Source: Lytechinus pictus
Taxonomy: Eukaryota
Assembly (NCBI RefSeq): GCF_037042905.1
Contig: NC_087246.1
Coordinates: 37,200,001 to 37,264,000 of the forward strand
Direction: 5' to 3'
DNA length: 64,000 nucleotides
The notes under the pieces are model-generated. The model saw only the letters and a list, made by a program, of their open reading frames with translations, had not been told where the DNA came from and ran no database searches. Numbering within the stretch: the stretch's first letter is position 1; every line of letters starts with the position of its first letter. Of this stretch, positions 27,901 to 41,421 are shown one piece after another. The translations under genes and the position numbers were made by a program.

Positions 27901-30900
27901 ACTGAATTCAAAATTTTACCAACATTTTGTGAAAATGGTGAAATGCATTTTGCCATGTATAGCAAAAGCTGGGCTGATGAAGTAATCCCTTACCTTTCTT
28001 TTTCATGATTTATTACATGAAAAAATAATCATGTTATATTTACAAGTGTGTATGATATGTCTCACTTGTAACAAAATAAGTTACAGCAATGATCTTTTTA
28101 TTTTTTTTCATTCTTGGATGACAAAATTTTAATAAAAATAATTTAATATAATAAAATACACTGAGATGCAATATGACATCAGCTTGTTCATTGTATATTC
28201 ATAAAAACATGCATAGAGCTTGTCACCAAAATAGTGCCAAACTTGTCATAATGTCATAATGTTTGTTATTCCTTGTCCAATTTTGATAATATTTTCACTG
28301 TTTTGTTGGTCGTAATCTGTTCAAATCATATTATTTTTAGCCTGGAATACCCCTTTAATCCACTTTTTTGTGTATTGTCAATTTGAACACTGAGGGATTC
28401 AATTTAGCCCATGACATCAAATGTCATGATTTAACAGATTGCTTAAAGTTAATCTACCTTTGTGACTTAAGGCAATTATTTTTTGCCCACTACATAGTGT
28501 AAGATTTACTTATGTGTGGTCTTTCCAGTTACATGTAGTTAAAATCATTGAATATTCTTACAAATTACTGTCCGACACCAACAACTATAGATGATGATGA
28601 AATTTCCACTTGGTCTTATTATTTTTTCTACTTATTGAGTTGTCTGGCAATCTTGAAATTTAATTGCCTCTTTATCAGTTTTGCATAATTACCATCAATA
28701 GGTTGTGCCCATTATTTAAAAAAAAAAATGAAATTCACTTGTCCTCGAGCTAACAGTCTTTTAAGAATTCTAGAAAGTCAAAAGGGGCCTAAGCTTTCGA
28801 TCCTAGCAGATTGGCTCTCTTTTATTAGATAAGCAGTTATCAGCTGCTTCTTTTTGCCATTTTTAAGAATTCTGTATAACAAATTATAACTAGATGGAAT
28901 CGGGAAACCCAAGTAGCCAAATGACTTCGTGCCCAATCAGGTATTATACAAAGTGACAAGTAGATCCAGCAGCAATGAATCAAGTGATTATTATATCATT
29001 AACAGACAGTATGTAATTTAATAGTCAAACTAGACATGAGACTTACTGATAATAAGATTAATTTACAAAAATGCTGTACGATTTGAGACTTTCTGATAAC
29101 AAGATTAATTTACCAAAATGCTGTACGATTTCTGAAATAGCTGATCTTGGGTATCTATGATGTATCACTTCTCATCAATTGTATTGTAAACAAAATTGAG
29201 ATTTTGGTAAGTTTCAGGGGAGAAACCTGCCTGGAACTGCATAAATATGTCAAAAATGGGTCATACATGACTGTTAAATCCAATACCATAATTTCTCTCA
29301 TCAGAGTTCAAATGGTCACAAAAGGGGCATGCCTAACCAACTTGCCTCTTCATTCTATGTGCTTCATATGTAAGCCTTAGCTAAACAAATGGTATGTGAA
29401 CCTTGCAGAGTTGCCATTTAGTAGCATTTTATCCTGTTCAGTGGAATTTCTAAGGGGAAATTGACACCAAATGGGTCTTTTCCCCTAGAAATATATTTTT
29501 TTTAACTAGTTAGAATTATTTCTTTGCATGTTTTTCAAAATTTTAAAGAAAAATAGGATTTCAGGCAAAAAAAATGGATAAAAAGAAATAGATAGGACTT
29601 TTTCACAATTAAGGTTGGAAGCTCTGACATTGATAATAAGTTAACAGGGATCATACATTGCTGAAGATTCATTGTTATATGTATATTGTGATTTGCAGCT
29701 GGTGATAATTTGATATAGAAATGTCAATTATTGTTCAGCCCTAAAATATACGGTAAATTGCCATTTCGTCTACTACCAACTCGTCCATTCCCCACATGGT
29801 CTACTTTCATTTAGTCTTATGCCATTCCGTCCATCAACATTTTGTCTAACAACCATTTGGTTCAATCATCACTTTGTCTAATCACCATTTCGTCTCATAA
29901 CCAGTTGGTCTAGTAATTATTTCATTTTCATTCATTTTGCACAATTAACGCTGAGTCCAATTAGACCAAATGGTATATGGACTAAATGGCATTTTGACCA
30001 ACTGGTTATTAGACAAAATGGTGAATGGGCGAATTGGCAATTGGACCAAGTGGATAGTGGACAAAATTATGGTAGACCGAATGATAGTAGACGAGTTGGT
30101 AATTGGAGGAATTGGCATTAGACGAATTGGAAATAAACCAAATATATGCTATTGGCTGGAACATTTCTGTTCATGTCAAAACATCAGGGCTTGAATTAAT
30201 CCAAGGTTATCAAAGGCCATGGCCATGGATGGGTGCCCTGTTGATTGGTCTTAAATGCCCCTCTCATAGGCCTTGGTTATTTGGTATGTTTTTCCCCCAG
30301 TTGTGTATATAAAAGTGTACCATATGGACAAGTTGCCTTGCATGTAATAAAAAAGGAAATTTAAGGCCTGAATTATGGTTGTTAGTGGTTGTTTTGCCTG
30401 ACTGCTAAGCCAGCAGAGGACTGTGGGCATAAAGTACTCTTCTAGGGAACTTGTTAATGATGATAAATGCACTAGCGCACCAATGTGGTGTTAAACCGGG
30501 GTTGCTGGGAATTACGAGACCACCGCTCTACCAACTGAGCTATCATGTCTTTATAGATATAGTGTTTCTTTCACTAGAATATAATCCCATTTTTTCACTC
30601 TCAGACACAATGCAGAAGAATCTAGGGAGAATCATCAAGGACCACTAAGAAATCAAAAAAATGCAATTGTAGAAATCTCCAGAGAAACCACTGTCATGGT
30701 TCATCGGGAGGGTAAGGAACCCAAGAGTGCAAGATCTACCTCAAGTAAAACCAAGGTAATAACTTTGAGCTTTATCACATCAAATGTAACAGGTGTGGGT
30801 TTATAAGGTGGTTTGTAAAGTTAAGCAGGACTTTTATAAAATAATTGCTGAAAAATCCCCAGTAGTTCTGGAAAATCCGTAGATGAATGGGTGATAGGAG

Positions 30901-32536
30901 TTTACAGTAGTAATACAATACTACTTCATGTAAATACTTGATGTACATGTATAATAAATTCCAGATTTTTAAATGTTGATGTCGCTGACAAATGCATAAT
31001 CATGTGGGAAGCTGTCCCATGTGAGATATAAGAAAGTCATTCAGTTATTTTGTGTCATTTGCAGAAAAAGAAGCGGAAGAAGCCGACGCCCCGAGCCCTG
31101 CCACCCCCGCCCCCTTCCCTACCCCAGCCCCAGCGCCACCTACCCACTTTCAACCCGTACCAGACTTCAGGGGACCCCACCCAACCATCCCCCCTCCCCT
31201 CCCCCCTGCCGTACACAGAAGAGACCTGGATGTACCCCCATGGGGTGCTTGGGAGTAAGATGGGGGCGGGGATGATCCAGCCAGAGACGTACATAGAGCA
31301 GCACATCGTGCGGCGGTTCAGTATACCAATGGTACAGGGTGGAGGCGGAGCTACACCCATGCCCTTTCCATTGCATAGTGAGTCACTCGAAACTTCTACA
31401 TCATATACATATTCCAAAGTAGTAGAGAGACTGTTAGGGAGCCAAACCTTTGTCTTTTAAGCAGGAATTATCAAGTGTGTTGTGTGACAATACGGAATTT
31501 CCATTTTCAGATCAAGTTGAAATGGAATTACAGATTTTCAGAAACGGAAAAGACCTATTTTTGAAACGGAAAATCACTGTCTCGACTCATTTCTTTCATT
31601 TGTTATGTTTTTCTTGTCAATATAATGGAATGAATCCCCCTCAAACTTATTTTGCATGAACTTATAATTTATCATTCTCAATGTTTGAACGTGTTACTTC
31701 GACTGTGCTGCATTGCAGAAAAAAGGTACGTTATGGTCATGAGTTTCCCCTTTAATAAAGTCATCTGTTGATATTATTTCACAAACATTCTGTGTTATCT
31801 TCATTGCCCCTCAGCCTCAAACAGTGTGAATGAACTCATGCCCATCAGTGCTAGGAGTGTAGTCCCACCCGTCCCCATCAGCAGTAGGGCAGTTCTCCCA
31901 CCTCTCTCCAGGCAGATAAGCTTGGATCCCCCAACCGCTGCAGTAGACTACCATTCCTCATCTGCTGAATCCCTCCATGAACTAGCAACATCAGAGAATA
32001 CAACCTCACTCAAGAAGCTACAGGAAGCCAATGACCTTTCTGCATCGTTCCCACCCGCCCAACGCAGCCCCTCAAGAATCCAGAGTGAACCGACCAGCAT
32101 CGCTCCCGACGCCTCCTCGCCTCTGGAGAAGAAAAAGAAATCTAAACTTAAATTGAAACTGAAGAAGAAGAAATTGCCAGCAGACTCAAAAAAGGAGGAG
32201 AGCAATAGCAGACGGAAGGCGCAACAGGGTGGAGATGTCACTGAGACAAAGGCATCACGTAGCCCTCAGAGTGAAGGATATCACGAGCTAGCCACAGCCG
32301 ATGAAAGACAGCCTGAGTCGTCTGCACCGACTGTTCCCTTACTAGACCTCAGTGGGTTACGGGGGGAGGAGGAGGACGAGGAGGAGGAGGACAACAAGAA
32401 GAGTGAAAAGAACAGAGATTCCCAAGATGCAGGTAAGACGGTACCCCCTCCTGATGATCCTGTCACCAACCTGGATGATGATGACAGCTTATTAAGGGCA
32501 GCAAACAGAAGGAGATCCCTTATGCTCATGAGATGA
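21935..32536 (+). CDS. ZDHHC1: DHHC palmitoyltransferase, ZDHHC1/ZDHHC11 type, ~755 aa; exons 21935-22204, 23457-23632, 24002-24103, 24522-24643, 25140-25370, 25903-26021, 26747-26808, 30605-30755, 31065-31377, 31815-32536
   Basis: [11 protein letters not shown]-terminal motif, INPAD, CYLC...[43 protein letters not shown] and GTYDYI. Exon phases are consistent and total 2268 nt. The low-complexity C-terminal exons are less certain than the DHHC core. Confidence 0.9.
22205..23456 (+). other. U12-type (minor spliceosome) GT-AG intron in the ZDHHC gene
   Basis: 5' splice site GTATCCTTTG at 22205; branch site TCCTTGAC at 23426-23433, about 24 nt from the AG at 23455-23456; phase-0 join AGYI|IVGIF keeps the frame. 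Confidence 0.9.
22497..22768. mobile_element. Harbinger-like MITE family C
   Basis: Homologous to 37179-37445 and 41057-41326; CWG target site. Confidence 0.8.
26299..26340 (-). ncRNA. Minimal hammerhead-ribozyme-like motif (Penelope-type), probably degenerate
   Basis: Minus strand reads GC-CUGACGA-A-GUCU(agcagcuugc)AGAC-GAA-ACGU-C-GC: intact core, 4-bp stem II, palindromic ACGU stem III, but only a 2-bp stem I. Confidence 0.5.
27806..28354. mobile_element. Kolobok-like MITE family B (older copy)
   Basis: TTAA|AGGGGAGTTCCAGGCT...AGCCTGGAATACCCCT|TTAA. Confidence 0.78.
29406..29626. mobile_element. ~220-bp MITE, near 6-bp TSD
   Basis: CAGAGTTGCC...GGAAGCTCTG; flanks ACCTTG/ACATTG; homologous to 13210-13406. 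Confidence 0.7.
29752..30139. mobile_element. MITE with GG...CC ends, near 8-bp TSD and periodic internal repeats (Merlin/MULE-like)
   Basis: GGTAAATTGCCA...TGGAAATAAACC; flanks AAATATAC/AAATATAT; reiterated CCATTTCGTCTA-like units; partial inverted copy at ~55720-55920. Confidence 0.7.
30400..30548 (-). mobile_element. Degenerate tRNA-derived SINE head
   Basis: Minus strand GATAGCTCAGTTGGTAGAGCG (A box/D arm) with decayed B box GGTTTAACACC; no intact cloverleaf. Confidence 0.6.
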
Positions 32537-34279
32537 GGTCTCATGGTCAATGCTTTATAATCCTGTAGGCTCCTGGAACCATTAAGATTAGAGTGTATCT
32601 CTGCTCTGTAAACTTCAGAGAAATAATAATGTAACAGGAATAGAGTGTTATGAATAATCATTTCCAGGCTTATTTGATGTCTGCTCAATCAAATAATCTC
32701 AATGGAATTTACATTGTGCTATCAAATTTGTGTCATATGTATGCTGCATGTAATTGTGATATTTCATATCAAATGACAATCACTGCTCTCCCCCCTCTCT
32801 CTCTCTCTCTCTCTCCCTCTCAATTTCTTAAGAGACAATGTAAGACCATCATTCCCTTGTGGGCCTACTTTTCAGTGGCATTCAATTAAAACCAATCAAA
32901 CCTCATTACTGACAGTTGAATTGTGAAATACTTTCAATGCTACACTTTTGTTTGAAAAAATATGGGTTGTAGTTTTAGCCCCCCATAGTTTAGTGATTAA
33001 AACCTTCTATTACAGTATTCAAAGATTCATAAAATCTTACAAACTCAACTTTCTGCTTCTTTGATTTTTTTTTTCCTTCTAAAATAATCTTCAGGATTAA
33101 TAGCTGAATATTATTAAAGGTGTTTTGTCTTTCATTGATCATTGTTGTGAAAGAAAAATAATAATTTTAATATGCTACTGAAGCGATGTCACAAAACCTT
33201 TCTTTTTTGCATTTCCGCTCTTGTGGTCTTGACGCAGCATGATGAAAAACATCCACAACCCAGATATGATGGGAATCAGTCGATGAGGCCCTAAGATGTG
33301 GTCGTATAATATGCGCACAGCCCCACTGAAATTAGTGTTAATTTGCCGGGTTTCGAACCGTTGTGAACAGGGCCAATTAATATTGATTTTAATGGAGCCT
33401 ATTAGGTATTCATTCTGCCGTAACTTGGGCCACCACAAACCAATTCATGTCAGATTTGTTGTTTGGATGTGTTTCATCATGTGCTCTTCTGAAATGTGCT
33501 CATGAAAATGCTGAAATGCACAAAAAGAAAAATGATGATGTCACACTTTAGTACTCTCTATATAAGGGCATTTAAAGCCAGGAAATCTGAAGTCTGTGTA
33601 CATAGTGTAAATTGATTCCATGATCTGTTATTCTATTTATTAGATATGTATGTTTGTTCTCACTTGTGTCAATGAGCTACCAGTGACACCTTCTGCCAAA
33701 GAATTATCTGTGCAATGTTCTTGTAATTAAGCCTTGAAAGTATACTTTTTTATACTGAAAATTCTCTGTTTTCTTATAATGATTTAAGAATCATCTCTGT
33801 TTTGTTGTTATAATTTGAGAATCATTTTATATGTATGTGCTGTGATTTAATGATTGTGGTCTGAAGAGTTCAAAGAATAGAGAAAAAAAAATGGTGTTAT
33901 TATTCTGGAATTCTCGTATATTGACATGTCGACACTCATGTTTTCACAAAGTAGCCATTTCTACTAGCATGATCTAGCCTTTCCAAGTTTCAATATGCAT
34001 GCTTTTCTTGGGTTTTTTTTTTATACATGTACATGTATGCTTTGAAATGAGATTTATTAGTATACAGTACTAAAGATTATATAATTACAAAGATGATGAA
34101 TGTGAATGAAAAATCATTTAAGAAATTATGATATTGATATTCACCCTGATTTTATATATTTTTTTCTGTTATAAAAAAATTAGTATTCCTGGAAGCAAAA
34201 GAGAGTTCATAAAAACAAGCGAATGCATGGGCTCTCTGTTATGCACATTGAGGAATAGTATAGTTTGGGAACAACTTAA

Positions 34280-34863
34280 AGGTCAAGTCCACCTCAAAAA
34301 AGTTGAATTTGAATCAATAGAGAAAAATCAGACAAGCATAATGCTGAAGATTTCATCAAAATCGGATGTAAAATGAGAAAGTTAGGACATTTTAAAGTTT
34401 TGTATATTTTTCACAAAATAGTTATATGCACAATTTAGTCACATGCAAATGACAGAATCGATGATGTCCCTCACTCACTGCTTCTATTGTGTTTTATTGT
34501 TTGAAATCTACAATATTTCAATTTTTACAGATTTGACAATAAAGACCAACTTGACTGAATCATAAAATGTTAAACAATGTTAATTCCACATGTTCAGGGA
34601 GAAATAAAACTTTGTTTCACAGGACAATGAGGAGAAAATTAGAATATTTCAAATTTCATGTAATAAAATACAAAAGAAATAGTGAGTGAGTGATGTCATC
34701 AGTTCCCCTCATTTGCATACCGACTGGGATGTGCATATTAATTTTGTGAAATTAAGCGAAACTTTAAAATGTCATAACTTTCGTATTTTACATCCGATTT
34801 TGATGAAATTTGTATTTTTCTCTTTTTATTCAAGTCATTTTTTTGTTGGGGTGACCTTGTCCT
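34280..34863. mobile_element. Kolobok-like MITE family A
   Basis: TTAA|AGG...CCT|TTAA; closely similar to 16699-17301. Confidence 0.88.
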
Positions 34864-37178
34864 TTAATGGTATTTCATGAAGCATCTTGTAAGTGATTTT
34901 CACTTACTAATGACGTAGATGATGATGTTCCCTCGGCATTCCACTTATGGATGAATTATCATTTTTGTGTGTTAATGTGTTTAATCAAGTGTATTTCCAG
35001 TCCATGGAGATGAAACAGGAAAAAATCTCTCTTCATTTTTGTTCAGGTATTATATTTCAAATTGGTCTACACCCATGCTATCTACATGTACATACCGTTT
35101 GGGCTCATACCACATGGTCTAATCCTTGTTTGTATACAAGCAGTTCGACGTCACAATCGAAAAGATGTGACTGGCTTTATACTGCTAATACTGGGCCTTA
35201 TTATTTGTAGACCAACTGACTATAGACCATTATTCGGAGAACAGGGTCAAATTTCTGCTTGTAATTTGATAACGCTAGTGTGACTTTAACATTACCGCAG
35301 ATATGAAAAGTTAGTAACAAAATCAAATATTTTTATTAATTATACATTTATCTATGCACAATATTTCATGAAAATTGTCTTTTATAAAGACATAAAAAAT
35401 TACTTGAGGTTTTTCAGACATGTCAGTATGTAATGAACGGCTGCAGACTACTGCATTCTAAGTAGCATATTGTGGCAAGGACTTTATGAATATGTTTCAA
35501 GATCAAGACATCGATTCAAATGCTTGTCGTAAGACAGAAGAAAGAAAGGAAGGAGATGGAAAAGAATAGAAATTATTTGTGATAGATTAGATTTTCATCT
35601 TGCATCTTTCTCGAAAGGTTAATTAAGAGCATTTCATAATCCTGCTTGCGCTTTGCATCTTTCTTGTGACATCGTTCCTGCTCATTAAATCCTGAGATTG
35701 GTCGTCAAATGTTATCTCCAATTAATTGTGTTTCTCTCTTATTGAGATTACAAACCTCAATTTTATATTCTCACTTGCATTGCAGTGTATGCTATCAAGG
35801 AAAAAATGTTGACTTGCAAGTTGAAAAGCAGGCCTCTCATGATAATGAATATTGATGTCGCATTATTGGGGAATGCTCAAATTTTATGTTAATTATTGTT
35901 GAATAGTATTAACATACATGTATCATTTTATTTTCAAAATTGTATTTTGATTCATTCTATTCCCCGAGGTGGAAAACCAAACCAGCATGTATTTTCTATG
36001 TGTTACTGGTAGACTGTATTACATAATTTGACATTGAATTAATCCATTAAAAAATTTGCAAATGCTTATTTATAATATGTATTGTGTCTACGATGATTGT
36101 ATTTTATTTTTCTTAACTCATTCTGGTCAAGACTTTTATTGTGTAAATATGAATCATTCGACTCTTGCCGTTTTGTTTTGAATAAACAAAGTGATTTTCA
36201 ATATACATTGTACTGAAGAATACTTGTCAATTTTTTTTTCTTGGGGGGGGGGGGGCAGTGTATGTGTGTCAGGAGGGGGGGGCAGTAGGTTCATATATTT
36301 ATTTCCTGTTATCCCTCTTTGTCCCAACACAAATCTACATGCTCTCTTTAAATCTCCATCAAATTACATTTTAGCATTACACTAAAACACAATTTCAGGG
36401 TACAAGGAACTCCTCCACAGAACACGCCAAACCTTAACAAAAACTTGCATTGGATGATCCATATTGGATCTATTTTAATTATATTTTCACACATACATCG
36501 TCACAATACACTTGTGATACAGCAAGCATATTAAATTTAAGTGTTTATCGAGTGAGAGACTGTGTCATCTGCAGTTACCACAGCTTTTTTTACAGGGTAA
36601 AATGATAAGTGCAACAGAGCTAAGATTGTTTTCAATCTTAAGATTCTAACCAAGCAATCCACTCCCTTTTTCCATCAATCTCCAGATCTAAGTTATCCCA
36701 TCGCTTTGATCTTATCATTTGAGTAGAGAGTATTGTAATATGAATGATTACCCAGGGGCCAGTTAAAACGCAACAAAAAAACCAAGCGCAATTGCCTTAC
36801 GCATGTTTCATTGGTTGAAAATAAAGTTGCATTTGATTTTTGGAGTTGTGTTTGATCATAACTCTTTCTGCAATGGATACCTGAGCCAATAGCCCAGTGC
36901 ATCTTCTTTTACAAAGGGACTGGATAATTCATCAAATACTGTGCTATTTCAGACCAAAATCCTTAGCCCTCTCAGGATTGTAATTTGTAAATATCCAGCT
37001 AATAACACCTGCAATAAAAATATAATCTTGATATTCCAAGCCCCATAAAAAAGCTTAGCGATTGATCGTATGGCTGATATTTAGAGTTGATCATACACTA
37101 TCATTAATGCTATCAATCATAGAAATCAGTCCTGCAATCAATCACTAAGCTTCATGTTAAAGGGCCCTTACAGATCAG

Positions 37179-37445
37179 GGCCCCATCTTACAAAGAGTTG
37201 TGATTAGTCCGATCAACCACAACTATGGATGGCCAGCAACATTAACATCTAAAATGTATGTTATTTCAAAATGTTTTCCAGATATGATGTGTATATTCAG
37301 AAATTAATCGTTTTCTTGACAATGCAGTGAGTTCGCCTTTGTTTACAAAGGACATTTTGCTAATTTCCTGTAGAAGAAATTATAACACTGATGGATTTCC
37401 ATAGTTGCGATTGATTCAATTTGTAACTCTTTGTAAGATGGGGCC
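37179..37445. mobile_element. Harbinger-like MITE family C
   Basis: TIR GGCCCCATCTTACAAAGAGTT; CAG TSD. Confidence 0.85.
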
Positions 37446-39642
37446 CAGAAATAGTGGGATAATTTGCAAACTCGGGATGATGGGGTTGAGTCTTATATAT
37501 TATATGACTTGCAACACCTGGTCCAAGTATCACAACGCCTTAGTGGTTGATCGTAGGGCTGATTTTTATGCTTGACTGCATTGCTCATCATGTGCAATCA
37601 AACATTCAAATCAACTTTACAATCGATCGCTCAGTTTTGCAATAACCACATATGAAAATATTCTAGCATACAACAGACTTGTTGAATTTGCTTTCATTTA
37701 AGAATATATACATAAAAAAAATAATGTGTTTCACTTTAAGAATACATATGAATAAACTAGTAAATTAATATAAGCAATTAAATACAAATATAAAAGTAAA
37801 TCATTAGGCACACAACATAAAAATGTATCAAAAATATTATGATAAACTGTTCAAAATCATGAAATGCAATATTCAAACTGCATGTATTGGTGGATTACTA
37901 CACTAGTGACTATCTGAACTCATGGGTTACATTATCAATGAGACAAATTGAACAAAGACACATTAAAGGAACCTATGCCCCCCCCCAAAAAAAAAAAAAA
38001 AAAAAAAAAAACTTGTGGTCTCTACTGCCACAAGGGCAAATGAAGGTCCTTTTTGATGCCCCAAAGACTGAAAAATGTAATTTTTCTGTTTAACCTGTTG
38101 GCAATTTGATTTCATTTTAAAATACATAGCCCATTAGTCCGAAGTGTTATTTTGCACCAGGACAAAACAAATTTTAAAAAGTTAAAAAATGTCAAAAGAA
38201 ACTTCAAAGAATTTCATTCTAATAGCTGATGGTTTGAGGAATATCGCGAAAGTAGAGGAGGAACTTCAAGGAAGTGAACGTTCATCTTGATTTTTTCATG
38301 AGCACATTTAACATGCTGATGCTCAAGTGAAAGATCTCTTTGTCTGAAAATCCAAGGTTAAACTTTTTTTTTATGTCACAGGTTCGTTCTTGTACCATTT
38401 GATAAAACTACTGTTAGAACAAATTTGATTGGTCCACTGATTTTTGAAGTCCCGAGACTAAAAAAAGTGTTTCCTACTTTCGTGACATCTATCTTATTAG
38501 CTCTAAAGCCATATCTGAACAAACAGCAATTTATCCTCTTTTTTTTGGGGGGGGGGATCTATGGGTGATTGGTGAACATTCAGAAGAACCAAAAACAGTT
38601 TAAACTGTTTGACAACATTTCTGGCATAAAAGAGAAAGGCACGTAATCAATTAATCAAAATCAAAGGTTTGCAAGTTACAGAAAAATACATTTCCAGGAA
38701 ATGTTCCACATTACATTGATTTCTATTTTTACATCACACATACACTATATAAAAAAATAAATATATCCTAACTACTACCAGCAGCATTTTTTTATCATAG
38801 ACTCAATACTAGTAATCCTTTAGTAAGGCTTTACTGACATAGCAATGACCCTGCAAATTGATCCAGAAATCCTGAAATTCATACAAAGCTGCATATGTAC
38901 AGTTTAAGTGTAACACCGAGGACCCATTACAAAAGGTGGTCATAAGTCCATTTTGTTGCAAGAAACTATGATCAATTGCAAATCTACTTAGGGTTCCCAG
39001 GTTTATCACCGTGTATTCCAAGTTAATTGCAGTTGATTAATTGTAAAATTGCAACAGGAAATTTACAATCGATTGTAAATCTATTTCAGGATCCCAAATC
39101 AATCATGTCTTCCAATTAATCACAAGCGATCAATTGAAAAATTCAAACAGAAAATTTTCAATTGATTGCAAATACTTCCTTATTACAACACATTAGTTCT
39201 TTAAAAAATCTGAGATATTTGTTTATGAATCTAAGATATAATTATTGTCAAATTCAGTGCATGGTGTTAAAAGCAATTTCCCATCGTCATATAGTTTTTA
39301 TGTCAATCTGATGTACATGTACACATCTTACTGTTAAGTACTGATTTTGTAATTAAGTTTGCATTTCTACAGAATTTAATGTTCTAATCTACAAAGCCTT
39401 TAAATATATTGCATCTACTATTGCTATTTTCTACCCAATATATACATTTTTTGCCATTATTTATTCAATTAATTTGAGTTTCACTGTGAATCAGTCATCA
39501 GATGACTGGATCTGGGGCCTGTTTCATAAAACTTGTTATAATAACAACTTTTCAATAACAGTTAAAAGCTGTTACTGAGATGATTCAATTCAATTGGTTA
39601 ATACTAGAAAACTAGTTATAGAAATTACACTTATTACATGTA

Positions 39643-40177
39643 CAGTGCGTCCCAGAAAAAATGAAATCATGATTCCCACTTCTTTTTTCTTCAAAGGCAA
39701 ATTAATTATGATATTCCATTTATATCATCATACAATTCAATTATTCCTCTATATTTTGATACCTAATATGTGACAAACACTTCACGCATTAATGAACAAG
39801 ACAAGTTTGAAATTTTAGTGTCAAAGTCAAGTTGCGCAGAAAACTTCGACAAGATTGATTCGTCATACGACTACCGTGCCTATTCAACAATTGACTCATT
39901 AGCATTTCTTTCATATTCTTTGTTACATTTCTCTCACTGATCCCTGAAATGAGAGTCGTTTCAGATTCTTTCGTGAGTTTCTGCACAAATCGTTTCTGAC
40001 AGGCCTCAATATTTATTGTTTGTAATCTGTCGTGTGTAAATGATTTGCTAAGCTGTTAGTCTCAAAATAAAGATGAGATTCTACTCCTAACATAAGTATC
40101 AAATTCATAGTAAAAACATGTTTGATAATTTTGAAATTTATCTCTGAACACAGGTTTCCTTTTTGTGGGACGCACGG
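39643..40177. mobile_element. Tc1-like MITE nested in an older palindromic MITE (~39513-40207)
   Basis: TA|CAGTGCGTCCCA...TGGGACGCACGG|TA. Confidence 0.8.
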
Positions 40178-40977
40178 TATATAACAAGTCTTTATGAAAT
40201 GGGTCCTATGTGTTATCGCCATGAAAATAGAAAAATGACATAATACAGTTGAGCAGTCATTAAAATGTTTCAAGAAGCTGGACGTCTGGTTCCCATGGCT
40301 GATCAGATTAACTCATCTACTGAATTTTCCCTTGAGTAATCCCAATCAAAAGCCTGATCGTATTGAACACATAGGCTTATATTCTGAAATCAGGTTTAAT
40401 TTAATCTCTGGTCTGAAGTTGTGGTTTAACTATGGAAAGCCAAAAGTGACCCAAACCTGTGAAAGTCTAGGGGCCTGTTGCATCACACTTTTTACCTGAG
40501 AAAACTCAGGTATCTTTTACCTCAGTTTTTGCCCTGTGTTAAAGTCAATGGCAGAAATCAGACTAACCTTAGTTTTCACCGGAGTTATCTCAGGTAAAAA
40601 GTTTTATGCAACAGGCTGCAGGTTCAATTTTCAGCACATTTGACACCCAAATCATCCCTAACTGTCTGGGAATAATGACTAAAATAGTTTTTTTCATTAT
40701 CGAAGCATGAAAAAAGAACAACGTAAGCATGAGAAACATACAATATACACAGAATATTGACATTTTCGGCTTCCCATAATTTTAGCCCAGTTAGACCTTG
40801 GTCTGTATAAAACTAGACTCAGAATACTGGCCTAATATAATTCTATTGACTGCTAATTGAACTCACACTTAACCATTCCTAGAGTGGCTGTTACACCTGA
40901 ACGGATTAGCCAGCGTATGCTGGCAAACGTACGGCAAGCCGTTTTTATCATTTAATACACTATATCTCTAAAAATTA

Positions 40978-41421
40978 TCTTCTTCTTCTGGGGTCACTAC
41001 ACAAGACCTGTCCAGTGGAGGGTACAAGATCTGGCTTTGAGTTTAAAGGACTCCAGGGCCCCGTCTTACAAAGAGACGCGATTGATCCAATCAATCGCAA
41101 CTATGGAGGGCCAGCAACGTCAACATCTATTTTGCATGTTTGTTTAAAATATTTTCTAACTATGATGTATATTCATGCGTTCATTGTTTTCTTGAAAATT
41201 CACTGTGCTTCTCTTTGTTTACAAAGGGCATTGTGCAAGTGTCCTGTAGAAAAAATTATGACACTGATGGATTTCCATAGAGTTACGATTGACTGGATCA
41301 ATTGTAACTCTTTGTAAGACGGGGCCCAGATCTTCGGCAGTGCACGGATCTGGTAAGAGGGGGCAGATCAGAAGGTGTAGCATCGTCCGATCCTCCCCAC
41401 ACTCGCAAGCAGTGTACCCAT
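40978..41421 (-). mobile_element. 5'-truncated LINE 3' end (RTE-like) interrupted by a MITE
   Basis: Minus-strand peptide GYTACECGEDRTMLHLLICPLLPDPCTAEDL|ESFKLKARSCTLHWTGLV* (CxC..HxxxC knuckle), followed by a (GAA)n tail; frame is restored on removing 41057-41326 plus one TSD copy. Confidence 0.75.
41057..41326. mobile_element. Harbinger-like MITE family C
   Basis: 19-bp TIR GGCCCCGTCTTACAAAGAG; CAG TSD. Confidence 0.9.

Noticed and set aside
29752-30139. CRISPR-like periodic array
   Set aside because: Eukaryotic context, degenerate ~16-bp units in inverted halves, TIR/TSD present: a MITE.
30470-30548. tRNA gene
   Set aside because: Good A box, but the B box and acceptor stem are decayed; better explained as a SINE head.
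31055-32688. Antisense ORFs over the last ZDHHC exons
   Set aside because: Shadows of GC-rich coding sequence on the opposite strand.
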